From positions 108,810,001 to 108,874,000 of the forward strand of contig NC_058377.1 in the NCBI RefSeq assembly GCF_018350175.1: 64,000 nt of DNA, read 5' to 3'. Positions 47,400 to 60,800 of the stretch are shown here, one piece after another. The stretch's first letter is position 1; every line of letters begins with the position of its first letter. The notes below the pieces were generated by a model, which was not told the origin of the DNA, did not search any database, and was given only the letters and a program-made list of their open reading frames with translations. Source of the DNA: Felis catus. Its lineage: Eukaryota. Position numbers and translations under genes: made by a program.

Positions 47400-49670
47400 G
47401 CACAGAAAATCTCCCGTCACATGTAGAAATCTGGTGGCTTCACACTTTGTACATGGGTCCATCAGGAAAGCACTCATTTGGTCGGGGAAAGCTGCTGAAT
47501 GAATCTACAAGATGGGTTATCTTATCTAATTGGTGAGGACTCCTCCAATTAGATTGCCTCCTAATAGGAATTTACATGGGACACAAATGTCTTCCCATTC
47601 TGTGAGCATTTTAAGAAGCCATCCATACACCTGTCTCCCAGAACATCAAGTTATCAAGTTCTCAGTTGTGTTTTTTCCAAGTCTCTGCAAATGGCCAGCC
47701 CATCATACACGGCTCATGAGTGCCTATAAGTCTGCACCTCGGGCCCTCTTTCCTTCCCACACAAAGTGGATAGCATCTGCATTGCCCAACGTTCTGCCCA
47801 CTGGGAGGCAGACATTCTGCCCACCACTTTTCAGGGCCGCCCGTGAATGGGGTTGTGGTGAAACAGCTGACCACTTCCGGCTGTCACTAGCCTACTGTGC
47901 AGAGCCTTCTGTAAAGCAGGCTTGTACTTTTCCTTCATCCCCTTGAAGCCTTTGAGTATAAACCAAGGGAAAGGAAGGGAAACAGTAGAAGGAGGTGCCA
48001 TGGGAGTCTGAACCACCTGCTCATGTGGTTCATTTGTGCCTTCTGGATCTGCTCGGGCCCAGGATCATATACACCGCTTCAACTTCTAGTGGGATGCAAC
48101 TGTGAAAATCCAGTTTCATGAGTCTGTGGGCCAGATGACACCCGCAGAACATTTGGGTTCCAGATCAGGCATTCAGTCTTTACCGAGTCCCAGTAGCAAG
48201 CCAGAAGCTGCCTTTTAGAATGTAGAATAGTCATTAGTGGAGGATAGCATGGCCAACATTCCAAAGGTCTTAGCTGCGATGCTCCCATTTGGGGCTTCGC
48301 GTGGGTCTCCGCGTGGCATCTATGGCCGACACCTAAGCTGGGCAGCTTGCATCACAGCCCGGACTTTTGAAGAGCCTTTCTTCGATCCAAACCAAACATT
48401 GTCGGATGTGCAGGTTACCTACTAAATGAGTCAGAGCAGCATGCCCAAATATGATACGTGCGGGCTCCAAAACCCAGAAGGCGCACATCATGCATTGCTC
48501 CTTGCTCCTCTTTCTTCATGATGCATAGGGGAAAGGGCAGCCACTGGGGTCTCTCTTAAAGACATAGGCAACATGTTCCAGACCTCTGGACCCTTAGGAA
48601 CTTTCCTGATGTGCCAGGTCCTCGAACTTCCACAGGGTTTATCTCGGGCACACATATGTCTAAGACACACAAGGTGTACCTTACTCTTTCCTACTCTCAG
48701 CATCCAGTTAACATACGGTGTCAACTGAGTTTATCAGCATGGTGTTCTCAAGACCGTCAGAGTCCCTCTGGACCTTGCGGTTTGTGGGAGGATGGCCTAA
48801 GCCACCAGGGTCAAGACAGTAAGATACTGTTATAACAGACACTGATGTGGCAGATACTGTTAGCCCTGCTATGGACACGCAAACTCATTTTCCATACTCA
48901 CGGGAATCTAAAAGAAAGCATTTCCTTTCTTATATATTTGCTTTCATATACCAGTTGTTGGCGTTTATATTGATTTTCTGCAATAAAAATATCAAATGTA
49001 GGGGCGCCTGGGTGGCTTAGTCGGTTGAGCGTCCGACTTTGGCTCAGGTCGTGATCTCGCGGTTCGCGGATTTGAGCCCCGCGTTGGGCTCTGTGCTGAC
49101 AGCTCGGAGCCTAGAGTCCGCTTCAGACTCTGTGCCTCCCTCTCTCTCTGCCCCTTCCCCGCTTGTGCTCTGTCTCTCTCTCTCTCTCTCTCAAAATTAA
49201 ATAAACATTAAAAATTTTTTTAAAGCTGTCAAATGTAGAATTGCAGCTGTGATTAACATTGCCACATCATTAAGTTTGCTTTTCTCCTGTCAAATAGGTA
49301 AGTGACTTGTCTGTCTCAAGTCACTAATAGTGGCCCTGATCTCTGCACTTTCTCCAGCTTTGGTACTGTTTTTGGTTTATAACTTCTCAGGGCTGGGAAA
49401 ACAATTCCAGGGGTTTCCTTTTGCCCCGCCCCCACTTTTTTTTTTTTTTTTTTTACTATAATAGCTCACACTAGAGCAGCAGGAAACCATTGAAAGATTC
49501 TGCCAGCTACTGAGCATTAATATCACAACAAATTCTGGGATGGGGGAAATAACTACAGCACAAATCTGAGGGCCTTAGGAATGTGGCCTTTAACCTCTAA
49601 AGGCCTCCAGTGCTAATTGGTCTCCATGGGTAATAATATTTGAATTAACATCTGAAACTACAGTGAATTT
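47400..49670 (-). mobile_element. Ancient ERVL-class internal (pol: RT/RNase H) remnant, split by a SINE
   Basis: Degenerate peptides KLNDVAMLITAAI, RQLLACYWDSVKTECL, VVQTPMAP, TWKKHN, TFVSHVN resemble HERV-L/MuERV-L pol motifs in the expected order. Confidence 0.7.
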
Positions 49671-49679
49671 GTACAGTGC

Positions 49680-50560
49680 CATTGTAGTGAATCTGGAACT
49701 ATGTTTCCCAGACTTCTCTTCCCTGCATAGTCCTGACTTAGTGTGGCCCACTAAGTGGGGCCATCAAATGTCAAGTGACATTTGATGCAAGATTTGGAAA
49801 GTGGAAGTGAAACAGGAGCTGTATCCTTTTTCCACTAGGAAGGTTGGTGTGGGGGCACCAGACATAATTTGCAACTCATCCGCAATGACCCTTATCATTT
49901 AGGGGGTCACCTTGTTGACGTGGGGCAGCATGGTCTACAGCTCCTCTGGCTTATGCCAGATCCTCCTTCAACTTCTGTCACTTAAAAAAAAAATTCATGT
50001 TTCTTTTTGAGAGAGAGAGAGAGAGAGACAGAGCATGAGTAGGGGAGGGACAGAGAGAGAGAGGGAGACACAGAATCTGAAGCAGGCTCCAGGCTCTGAG
50101 CTGTCAGCACAGAGCCCTATGCGGGGTTCGAACTCATGAACCACGAGATCATGGCCGGAGCTAAAGTTGGATGCTTAACTGACCGAGCCACCCAGGTGCC
50201 CCATCTTCTGTCACTTCTGGTGCAACTATGGCTTCCTGACAGAGTGCCATCTTCTCCTGTAGGTCACCTGAATCATCAAAGTTGGAAGCTTACACGCAGA
50301 GAGGAACTGATGTGGGTTCTGGTCTATCCTGTGGGTCTAGCTCAGCCTCACAAGTGCCAGTTTGTTCTTACTGCCCCCACCTTACATTCATCTCAACTGC
50401 CTGCCTACCATCTTTTGGCTCCAGTTCCAGATAAAAAGACACCAGTCTTATATAATCAGCTCTCACAAGTATGTAGGGTCTCATCCTTCTAAGACATCTT
50501 CATTGTATATAATCACTCCCAGTAATTCTGTTTCTCTGATAAAATCCTGGCTGATAGAAA
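49680..50560 (+). mobile_element. Old ERVL-family LTR (LTR16/33-like), interrupted by a SINE
   Basis: Typical 3' end TCTGTTTCTCTGAT..AATCCTGGCTGATA. Confidence 0.5.
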
Positions 50561-51049
50561 GTATCCCTTTTAAAAGTAATTTTGAAAAAGTCATTTTAAA
50601 AGAAACACAAACTGGGGCACCTGGGTGGCTCAGTCGGCTAAGCGTCTGACTCTTGGTTTTGGCTCAGGTCATGATCTTGCCATTGGTGGGTTCGAGTCCT
50701 GCATCGGGCTCTGCACTGACAGCGTGGAACCTGCTTGGGATTCTCTCTCTCTCCCTCCCTCTCTCTGCACCTCCCCTGCTTGCTTGCTTTGTTTCTCAAA
50801 ACAAATAAATAAATAAGCATTTTTAAAAAAAGATACACAAACTGCCATTTTCTTTGTTAGAAGAAACTTTAAGTTCAGTCCACGTCTCTTGTCCCTTTGT
50901 AAACAAAGGTAAGTAAATCAATGTCTCTGTAGATATCTTATTTTAACAAAGCACTTTGGACAGGTTTTGTTTTGGTTTGCTTCTTAGCAGTGCTGCATGA
51001 ACACAGAATCAGGAACAGCTCCTTTGCTTGAGGAAAGAGGGGAAGGTAG

Positions 51050-51524
51050 TGTGATAGATTGAATGTAAAAATCGCCCCCTCCTTCTATCCATAAGGCCCC
51101 TTGAAATGGGACTCTACACCATGTATTTCCCCACCCCTTAAATCTGGACTGGTCTTGTGACTTACTTTGGCCAATCAAATATGGCAGAAGTGATAGAGTG
51201 TCTCTTACAAGCCTCAGGACAGTTTTGTTTTTCTCTTGCTTTCTTGAACCCACACTTGGACAATGAGAACATGTCCAGGCTCATCTGCTAAAGATAAGAG
51301 AGACCATATAGAGCACAGCTGAATCATCTTGGTTGAGGCCATTCTACAGATCTCAGCAACCATGCCAGCTGGCCATGGACTGTGAGTGAGCACAGTTGAG
51401 GTCAATCAAGCCCAGCCCAGATCACCAGTACCACCCAGATGAACAATAATCTAATGAATAATAAGTCTTTTAAAACCTTTATGTTTTGGAGTGGTTTGTT
51501 ACACAGCACATTGCTAACTGATAC
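51050..51524 (+). mobile_element. MaLR (MLT1-type) LTR
   Basis: TGTGACTTACTTTGGCCAAT..ATGGCAGAAGTGA internal motif and TTTTGGAGTGGTTTGTTACACAGCA..GCTAACTGATACA end. Confidence 0.7.
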
Positions 51525-51660
51525 AGGAGCGTGGGAAAAGGGACATGTTAAAAGAATGGGTAGGAACTCTCCAGGTGGATCAAAAGAGAAAAAGCATTGT
51601 GGTCAAAGGGGAGATCATGTGCAAAGAATGGAGGTAGGAATAGGCCCATCAGATTTTAGG

Positions 51661-52820
51661 CAGTGGTGTGGTGGTAAATGTTTAACACCATCTCTCCATG
51701 TTCAGTTCTGATGTGAATACTGGTTGATATTTTTGTTGTTGTTAATGAGAAACAAACTTTTTCCACGGAAGACAAAATAGTAAACATCTTAGACTTTGGG
51801 GGTCAGAGAGGCGCTATAGCCACTACACAGCTCTGCTATTGTTGTACAAAACAACCACAGAATAATAGGTACATGAATGAGTGTAGTTGTGTTTCAATAA
51901 AACTTTATTTACAAAAATAGGTGATGGGCCAGATTCAGCTTGTAGTTTCCTGAACTCTGGTCTAGGTGACCAACAAAACAATAAATCAACTTGATTTGTA
52001 GTGTTTGTTGACTTGTAGTGTAATTATTCCTACCATGGCTGATTTTATACTGCCAGTATAACATTTGGAAGAAATGTGCAGTAAGTAACACATCATTCTA
52101 CCACCAGGCAGATAAGCTAGACATAGATAACCTTAAAAACATAAGCAATAGTAAAATACAGCAAACTAACTAGAAGGTAGTGGGTTGTCAGTATTTATTA
52201 ATTTTGCTCTTTAAAAACCCAATTTAGGGGCGCCTGGGTGGCGCAGTCGGTTAAGCATCCGACTTCAGCCAGGTCACCATCTCGCGGTCCGTGAGTTTGA
52301 GCCCCGCGTCAGGCTCTGGGCTGTTGGCTCGGAGCCTGGAGCCTGTTTCCGATTCTGTGTCTCCCTCTCTCTCTGCCCCTCCCCCGTTCATGCTCTGTCT
52401 CTCTCTGTCCCAAAAATAAATAAAAACGTTGAAAAAAAAAAAACAAACCCAATTTGATGATAAGTCTGTAGAATTTAATAATTTAATTTAAATATTTTAT
52501 TTTGGGGGGACACCTGGGTGGCTCATTTGGTTAAGTGCCCTACTCTTGATTTAGGCTCAGGTCATGACCTCACCATTGTAAGATCGAGCCCTGTTGATCT
52601 CAGCAGATTACTTTTTTAAAGTAATCTCTATGCCCAATGTGGGGCTCGAGCTCACAACCCACAACCCCAAGGTCAATAGTCATAGGCTCTACTGACTGAG
52701 CCAGCCAGGCACCCCTAATAATTTAATTTTAGTCTTTAATGTAATTTTATTGTGTTCAAAAACTGGCTGACAAAATTCAGCTTTCAAGAGCCAGTAAGAG
52801 TCAGACTTGGCATACCATTG
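51661..52820. mobile_element. hAT DNA transposon (Arthur1/Tip100-like) with nested MER58A-like MITE (~51755-51965) and SINEs
   Basis: Termini CAGTGGTGTG ... CATACCATTG; internal AAAACTTTATTTACAAAAATAGGTGATGGGCCAGATT typical of MER58. Confidence 0.55.
52227..52445 (+). mobile_element. Young CAN-SINE
   Basis: Near-consensus copy; TSD AAACCCAATTT. Confidence 0.9.
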
Positions 52821-53527
52821 CATTCAGAGAATGGTGTATAATCCGATGTGGCTGGAACATGATGGGGGTAGAGGAGCAATGGGAGATATAGCTGAAAGGT
52901 TTTTGGGTAGGGGGATCAGACTAGGCTGGGCCCTGTGGGCTGGTAAGGAAGGCAGTGTTTCAGATGGGGGAGTGATAAGATCAGGTTGCTTTAAGAAGGA
53001 TCACTCTGGATACAGAGAGGAGACTGTGTTTGCTGTGAGAAGCCTGAGGCAAGTAGGTCACTTAGGAGGCCATTGACATAACCATAGAGAAACTGATGGC
53101 TTGGACCAAGGCAGGTGTTGTGGGGAAGGAGATGTGGGTAGATGCTAGCTATACAGGAGTCAGAATCTGTAGGATGTGGTGACAGGTGGTATGGGGGAAA
53201 GTGGGAGGAAGACGCTAAGGAGACCCCAAGGACTGAGACTTGAGCATGTGCTTGAATGGACCGCCAGTCCCTGAAACTGAGAGCACTGGAGATGCTGGTT
53301 TGAGCAGAAGGTGAGATGTCTGGTTTTGAACATAATGCATTTGATGAATCTGGGGAACACTGAGGAGGGGAGTTCTAGGCTGGACTCAAACTTGGGATGG
53401 AAGACCCAGGATCCTGCCTCTTGTGGCTCCAGCTCATGGGATGGTCCCCACTCTATCTCTGCCCTGGCTCTAGGCCACCTCTGGAAGCCACATGTCCACT
53501 CTGGGACTCAGTCTTCCCTTTTTTTTT

Positions 53528-53578
<51 letters not shown>

Positions 53579-56500
53579 AAGCAGTGGAGAGGGGCAGAGG
53601 GAGGGAGAGAGAAAATCTTAAGCAGATCCACACTCAGTGTGGTGACTGATGCAGGGCTCAGTCCCATGACCTGAAATCATGACCTGAGCCAAAATCAAGA
53701 GTTGGATGCTCAAACGACTGAGTCTTTCCATTTGTAATGGGGTATTAGGCTCGGACTCCTGCTCCCCTGTTGCTTGAGTGTTGGGAAAATCCTATGAGAT
53801 TTGTATGGCAGTGGAGAGTGGGGATGGAGGAGGCTGGTCTCATCCTGTCCTTTGCCCACCTGAAGGTGCAGGGGGATCTTTTGGAGAGGAGAGGAATGGC
53901 CAGCCTGGGCCCTCAGATTCCTGTAGCCGTTCTGGGTCGGAGGAGCAAATGTCAGGTCTCTGAGATTGAGAATGGAAATGTCATGCTCACCTCCCTCCCC
54001 CACAAGGCCTCTCCTTCTCCCATCCTTCCTCTCATCTGGGTGCCCCCTGGGGGCTGCCCCTCTCCTCAGGTGCACAGCCCTGTAGTCCCCCTCTGCTTCT
54101 CTGGCACAGCCTGAGAAGCTGCCCAATCATGTTGGCAGGTTGCCACCTTCACCTCAGGCACCCAAAGCGCTTGGGCCCTCTACGTCTGTCTCCCACTCAA
54201 GCCTGCTCTCAGGAGGCTTCTACAAGGAGGCTCTTGAATAGAGCCAGCTGGGACTCCTGAGTGTGTGTTTGATGGGGTGGGACAATGGATTCCAGTGACA
54301 GGGTGGTGCTTGGGAGTTCAAGCCCTCTGGGTTCTGTCCTGGTTCAGCCTCTCCTGGTCCAGTGAGCCTGGACACCACACCTTTTTGTACCTCGGTTTCC
54401 CCTCTGTGAAAGGGGGATAAGAATAACACCTCTTTCCCAGGGTTGGTGGAAGGATCAAATGAGTGAAAAACACATAGGCACAGAGAAGAGCACCCAGCCC
54501 ATTGTAAGTGCTCAGGAAAGTTAGTTGGTGTCCCTGTTCTTAGCCATGTCCCTCTTCTCAGTAGCATTTGCAACTGGAGACCCAGTTTCTCCTGCCTGTT
54601 TCAGTGACTCCTCTCCATCTACAACAGAGGTCCCCACCTGTGTGCTGCTGTGCCAGCTAGGAAGGGACTGCAGATGGCGAGAGATCATGACCCCTCTGCT
54701 CTGGGGACAGTCCGGCCTCCCTTGAAGCTCATCTCAGCCATTCCATTCACTCCAGAGTCCCACATGGGACAATCCAAACTTCTAAGCAGGACATTCAGGG
54801 CCTTTCGTAAGTTGGTGCTGGTGTGCCTTTCTCACCGGGGAGCCCAGCACTCCCTGGCTCACAAAGGCCCCAGCTTTCTTACACCCAGTGCACGTGTGTG
54901 GTTCTCTGCGGGTAGCTGCTTCCACACCTGTCCCAGACCTTATTGTGAGCTCCTTGAGGCAGCGACCACATTTCGCCCACTGCCCAGCCCTGGAAACGTG
55001 TAGAGTGGACACAGAGTGGGTAGTACCACATGCGTGTTGATGGAAGAAGCCTCTTTGCAAGGCATTGGGACCCAGGGGCTGTTCCCTGTAGCTGAAGCTG
55101 GAGATGTTTGGACCAAGGAGTCCCAGAGGGCCCCTCCCCACCCCACCCCACCCCTGCTTAGTCACTGAAGGCTAATATTTGATTTGGTGCCTACTTAGGG
55201 TCTGCCTTTGCTTCTACAGAGAAACCCTCTCCCAGGACCTGATGATTCCAGATGCTTCCAGTTAGTTCTTGAATCCTGAATTGTGTTCTCTGTTGAAGCG
55301 GGGCAACGTTGATTAGGAAAAAAAAAAAAAAAAAAAAAAAAAAAGGCCCACCAGCCTGACGGTCTGGGAAGGCAGGAGAGGTCTATCAAGACAGATCTTA
55401 CAGGCAAGTCTGAATTTTCCAGGAGGGCACAAGACAAGGTGAAGGATGTTCTTGGGAAAGGCATGATCAGAGGCTAGGGCCGGAGGTGGACAGTAGCAGA
55501 CAGACACCTTCTTGGCCTGGGGGTCAGTCCATGCTTTTCTTTGGATAATGACTTTGAGTTGAGTACAATTCTTTACTGCTGCTTAACGCCCGAAACCTAA
55601 TTATGGCTTTGCGTGTCTGTATTGTTTTGCCTTCTCCAGAACTCTACTGGTAAAAAGTGGGGTGTGATAAAAGCAGCCACTTTTCCAGCCCGGAGACTGT
55701 CATCCAAACTGTCAACTAACCATTGCAATCTCTATTATCCAAACAGGTCAACAATGGTCTCTGTGAAAAATAAAATAAAGAGGAACTGATAGCAATGTCT
55801 TGGTTCCTTCACCTTACATTCTTTTGGGGGAAGGTCCTGGAAGTCAGCCTAGGCTAGGGTACAGGAACTTCTTTTTTCAAATGGCAGTGTGATAACACTT
55901 AGGGAGCATAGATTCTGAAGCTACACCGTCCAAGGCTTAGCTGTATGACCCCGAGTGTTACTTAACCTCTCTAAGCCTCAGTTCCATCACCCATAGACGG
56001 TACCCATCTCATAAGTTAGTGTATGTTAAAGTCTGTAAACTTTAGTGGCGGGCACACAGCACACCGTGTTAGTTATTATTTTTATTACTTGTCCAGATAG
56101 GTCAACATAGCTCTAAAGAAAGTAACAGAAAAAGTTGATTCTCTGCTAGTCTTGAGTTCCATTTTATTTAAAAAATGTTCTTGAGTTTAGGGGTGCCTGG
56201 GTGGCTCAGCTAAGTAAGCATCCAACTTCCGCTCAGGTCACGATCTCACAGTTTGTGAGTTCGAGCCCCATGTCGGACTCTGTGCTGACAGCACAGAACC
56301 TGGAGCCTGCTTCGGATTCTGTGTCTCCCTCTCTCTCCGTCCCTCGCCTGTTTATTCTCTCTCTCCCTCTCTTTCTCCTGAGAGAGAGTCCCAGGTAGGC
56401 TCTGCGCTGTCAGAGCAAGCCCACGTAGGCCTCAATCTTACGAACTGTGAGATCACGACCTGATCCTAAATCAGGAGTTGGACCTTAACCAACTGAACCA

Positions 56501-57286
56501 CCCAGGTGCTCCTGGAGTTTCATTTTAAAGTGCTAGATGGGGCATCTGGGTGGCTCAGTCAGTTGAGCATCCAGCTTCAGCTCAGGTCACGATCTCACCG
56601 TTTGTGAGTTCGAGCCCCGCATCAGTCTCACTGCTGTCAGCACAGAGCCTGCTTCGGGTCCTCCATCCCCCCTCTCCCCTCAAAAATAAATAAACATTGA
56701 AGTGCTGGATGTCTTGCTGTGCTGAAGAACACCAGGGGCGGGGAATGGACTTTATCTGAGACAGGGTGTCTTCTCCTTGTGGGGAGGACCCGTAGAGAAG
56801 TTGGTGACTCAGAAGGGGGAGTTGAGTACCTCCTTACTAGTATGATCCTCCATCTAGCCCCCGCTCAGCCTGAAGTGTTCCCCTCTACCCAGCTCCAGTC
56901 CCTCCTTCAGCTTACGTGTCCCACTCCAGTTCCAATGTCTCCCCATGAGCCCTATGAGGCCCATGAACCCTATCTGCCTTGCCCACCTATGTCCCCAAAT
57001 TAGAGACGACGTTCAGTACGTGGGGCTGAATTGAATGGAAAGGAATGATTTGGGTTTTCTCAAAGGAAAAATGAGGTGAGGTGGCCAGTCTGCACCAGTG
57101 AGCCCAGTCAAGAGGTTGTTGAGAATTGTAAGCCTCTGGGAAGGGCGGTGGAGGAGCTTGATTGAGCCTGGGCCCCTTCCTCGTGGGGACAATCACAGCT
57201 GCTATTCTTGGGCATCTGCCTCATCCTCAAACGTGGGAAATCTGGCTTTCAATGACTGACAACCAACCTGTACCTTTTGAAAGTAT

Positions 57287-57292
57287 TTTATT
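57287..57292 (-). terminator. GAL3ST3: GAL3ST3 polyadenylation signal AATAAA
   Basis: TTTATT on + strand ~575 nt past the stop, preceded on the mRNA by a long U-rich tract. Confidence 0.65.
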
Positions 57293-57866
57293 AAAAAAAA
57301 AATAAAGAAAGAAAGAAAGAAGGAAGGAAAGAAAAAAAGAAAAAGAAAACCCAACCAAACAAAAAACCCAACCCAAGAACTCTTGGTTCTGGGAGTCTGG
57401 GAGCAGCTTAGGTCTTTGGGGAGGGTGGAACCTGGAAGACAGATGGTGTGTGTGGGGGGGGGGGGGGGGGTCTCTGACCCCTGAGAGGAAGAGCAGCCCG
57501 GGAAGCCGACAAAGCAGCCTTTCCCAGGGCTCAGCCTCCCTCTGAGGCCTGGGCTCACCCACTTGAAAAAAAGACAGGTGGGGCTCAACCCACAGAAGGC
57601 GGCAGGGTGGGCTGTTCTGGTCAGGCCTCAGACCTCTTGTCAAAGTTACCAACCAGTTAGGAAAGAGAAGAGGGTGGCCCGGGGCTCGATCGGGCCTATC
57701 AGCACCCACCACAAAGATGGGGTTCAACCCACCCTAGGGAGGCAGGCTCAGGTTGGGAGACAAGGCCCCTGTACTGAGCAGAAGAGGCCCCGATGAGGCG
57801 GAGGGCCCGGGGGCAGTCCCAGGCAGGACTCCAGACGGGCAGGGTAGGATCCAGACTCTTGAGAGC

Positions 57867-60800
57867 TCAGTGGCCCTGGAGGCCGCGGGGCAGCGCCCGG
57901 ATGGGCCGCGGCGGGGGATTGTCCAGGACCGGTTCCGGCCGGGCCCGCACGCCGCCCCGGCGCTTTTGCTTGCGCAGCAGGTAGCTCGAGTACTGCACCT
58001 CGGGCATGGCCAGCTTGAGGCAGGTCTCGGTGGCTGGACCGGCGCCGCCGCTGGGCAGGTCGTAGCCCATGATGTCCACCTTGCGGCTGGGCTGCCACGG
58101 CTGCAGCTGCTTGGTGCGGATCTGCGCGGCGGGCCGCAGCACGGGCTCCGCGCCGAAGCAGCGCCGCAGCAGGCGTTCGCGGGCCTCGCGCAGCTCGCGC
58201 GCCTCGCGCTCCACGCACGCGCGGCCGGCGCTGGCCACGCGGCGCCAGAACGTGGCGTTGAAGTGGTCGTAGAGGCCCGCGTCGAGCGCGTTCCAGGTGC
58301 GCGCGGCCCGCGCGAGCGCCGCGGGGATGGCGGCGAGGCGCGAGCTGGCGGCGCGCGCGTTGAGCTTGGCGTAGAGCACGTCGTCCAGGTCCCAGGCCAG
58401 CAGGCGCCGCAGCAGGACCAGCGACTCGTCGAAGTACTCGGCGATCATGACGAGCGAGAAGACCTCCTCCACCTGGCGGATGAGGCCGGCCAGGTAGGCG
58501 GCGTCATCGCGCGGGCTGCGCTCGTTGTCGCCGCCCAGGTCGTAGGCCAGCGTGTTGTGCGCGAACATGGCGAAGTGCTCGCCCNNNNNNNNNNNNNNNN
58601 NNNNNNNNNNNNNNNNNNNNNNNNNNNNNNNNNNNNNNNNNNNNNNNNNNNNNNNNNNNNNNNNNNNNNNNNNNNNNNNNNNNNNNNNNNNNNNNNNNNN
58701 NNNNNNNNNNNNNNNNNNNNNNNNNNNNNNNNCGGGCGGCATGAGGCGCTCGAGCTCCGCGCGGTCGAAGCGCAGGTGGCTGGCTAGCACGTGCGGTGGC
58801 CGCGTGGCTGGGTGCACGAAGTGTGCCGAGAAGTTGCGCGGGTAGCAGAACTGGTGCTCGCAGCTCGGGTGCGGCAGGGCCACCGTCAGGTTGTGGCGCT
58901 CGGCGAATCGGAACAGGATGTTCTGGACAGTCGTGCCCGCAGTCTTGTGCGTCTTCAGGAAGGCCACAGTCATGTGCTTGGGGCGGGGCGGTGAGTCCCG
59001 CAGAGGCGGGCAGCTCAGAGGAAACAGCTTGGGGTACCTGCAGAGTTCGGGAGGTGTGCGGGGGCGGGGGGGGGGTGGAGGGTGTGAGAGGGATGCTTCT
59101 CGACCCCTGCCCCTCCCCAAGGATGGTGAGATGGGCCACAGAATGGTCCAACCCGGACCATACCCATGAACCAGTAGAGGGATATGCCAGGCGGCCTTTA
59201 GTATGACGTCACCCCAGTGATCCCTGCTGGCCTCTGGGTATTCACGCCCTTGTGTATTTCCCTCCCCATGAGTATGAGCAGGACTTGATGCTGCTCCGGA
59301 ATAGAATAGGGCAGAAATGATGGGATGCCACTCCTGAGATTACATTATAAAAAGACAATGGCTTCTATCTTGGTCTCTCTGCCTCTCTCTGGGATGACTC
59401 ACGCAAGGAGAAGCAAACTGCCATACTGTAAGCAGCTGTATGGGGAGGCACCAGGCGACAACAGTCCCTGAGGAACCGGGCCTCATCCTTTCAGCCTGCT
59501 TGAAGAACTGAATATTGCCAGCAACCACATGAACGAGCTTGGAAGGGGAACATTTCCAATCAGACCTTCAGATGAGACTGCATCCCTAGCAGCCAGCTTG
59601 ATTGCAATGCCATGTGACCTTGAGCCAGAGGAACCCAGGTAATCCACACCTGGATTCCTGGCCCACAGAAGCAAGATAATAAGTGTTTTTAAAAATTATT
59701 TTTAAAGTTTTATTCATTTATTTTGAGAGAGACTGAGAGAGAGAACACGAGTGGGGGAGAGGCAGAGAGAGGTAGAAAGAGAGAATCCCAAGCAGGCTCT
59801 GCACTTTGAGCACAGAGCCTGATGCAGGGCTTGAACCCATGAACCCGTGAGATCATGACCTGAGCTGAAATCAAGAGTCCAACGCTTAACTGACTGAGCC
59901 ACCCAGATGCCCCAAGATAATAAGTGTTTGATGTTTTCAGGTGCTAAGTTTTGAGGTAATTGGGTTACACAGAAACAACTAGTACAAGGACAGAGGCCCT
60001 TGGAGATCTTTGAGAAAGTCTCCTCTACACATGTAGAAACTGAGGACCAGAAGGAGAAAAATCATTTACATTGTCTGGCAACTAAATAAAATCACCGCTT
60101 TTTTCTCATTTTTACTCTTTGGCTTCTCATCTTGTAGGTGAGTGGCACGGGCTTTGAGGCAATCTATTTGATTTGTGATTCTGTTAGATTCTCTGGAGGC
60201 TCATTCATTCAATAAGTTTTTTTTTTTTTTTTTTTTGAGCATCTACTATATGCCAGGCACTGTTCTAGGTTCAAGAAATATACTAGTAGTATAAAAACCA
60301 GACAACAACCCTAGCCTTCATGAAGCTTTCATTTGTTTCCTTATTCCTGAAACAAGGGTGTTTGGGATGACAGGTGACCTGTAAATTCCCTGCATATTTT
60401 GAGTTACTATTGTTTCTTTTCTACCCTAAGCATCATGTAATGAGAAGAACTCTAAGCAGCTCTGAGAACACCACTGAGATTTCTTATCTGTGGCCCATTT
60501 GGGCTCAGGATAATATCTACACAGATGCCCTACCAAAAGACTGTTAAATCATCCAACAAGAACTGAGCCTATTCACACCATTCTTATGGGCAGACCATGT
60601 AGAAAATGGGAATGAGGCCCTGAAGGGTGCAGGGACTTGGTGGGTTCACACAGTGAATCATGGAGCAGGGTAAGGGCTACTGCTAGTCATCACGTATCCT
60701 GTATCACGGTGACTAACTGGGTCACCCATAGCATCATCCCCATTTTATAGATGAGGGAACAGGCTCAGAAAAGTGACGGGATTTGCCCAGCACAGCAGAA

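Noticed and set aside
57753-58787. 344-aa + strand ORF and other long ORFs overlapping GAL3ST3
   Set aside because: Antisense or alternative-frame shadows of a very GC-rich coding exon; non-ATG start, spans an N-run, no recognisable domain
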